NCBI GenBank assembly: GCA_024704765.1
Contig: JAKMXF010000327.1
Span: 203,360-267,359 of the forward strand
Length of the DNA stretch: 64,000 nucleotides
Reading direction: 5' to 3'
From: Oopsacas minuta
Lineage: Eukaryota; Animalia; Porifera
The position numbers were made by a program, and so were the translations under genes. The stretch's first letter is position 1. Each line of letters begins with the position of its first letter. Below the pieces are notes generated by a model. That model was not told the origin of the DNA. It saw only the letters and a list, made by a program, of their open reading frames with translations, and did not search any database. Positions 63,791 through 64,000 of the stretch are shown in pieces.

Positions 63791-64000
63791 AATAAGTCTT
63801 GCGGGTGATATCATAGAATATGATTCAAACACTATACACACTAATTCACTATATTATTTATTCAATGTAATCCCCTCCTGCAGATACACAAAGTTTTAAC
63901 CTTTCCACCCACTTGTAAAACACATTTCTTTACTCTTCTTCGGGGATGGATTTGAAGTACTGGTACAGGCCCGTTCCGAGTGCTTGTAATGTGTTAAAAT

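Overview
AT-rich eukaryotic (metazoan-like) genomic DNA, not prokaryotic. There is one clear host gene: a transportin-1/2 (importin-beta2) orthologue on the minus strand. It has four exons (54850-55091, 39258-39406, 33058-33344, 15402-17390), GT-AG introns in consistent phase, and encodes about 888 aa. Most other interpretable sequence is nested DNA transposons: mariner DD34D, maT DD37D, DD41D, Tc1-like, hAT (BED-type and Buster-type), MULE, Chapaev3 (CMC), Merlin and many MITEs, with only a trace of LINE. The main find lies in intron 1: a 2963-bp RAG1-core/Transib-like transposon (41107-44069). Both ends start with the exact V(D)J RSS heptamer CACAGTG and are flanked by a perfect 5-bp target duplication (AGGTG). 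A shared 9-mer (TGGAAATAG) lies 20 bp from the heptamer at one end and 10 bp at the other, about one helical turn apart, reminiscent of the 12/23 rule. The ~697-aa transposase carries a RAG1 nonamer-binding-domain-like segment and an intact DDE triad and Zn ligands, and is broken by only three point lesions. It is inserted into an older, divergent RAG1-like element, and a third RAG1-like fragment lies at ~8.9-9.1 kb. No RAG2-like gene is visible. All alignments were done by eye; no database search was possible, so the host taxon and the novelty of the families are inferences.
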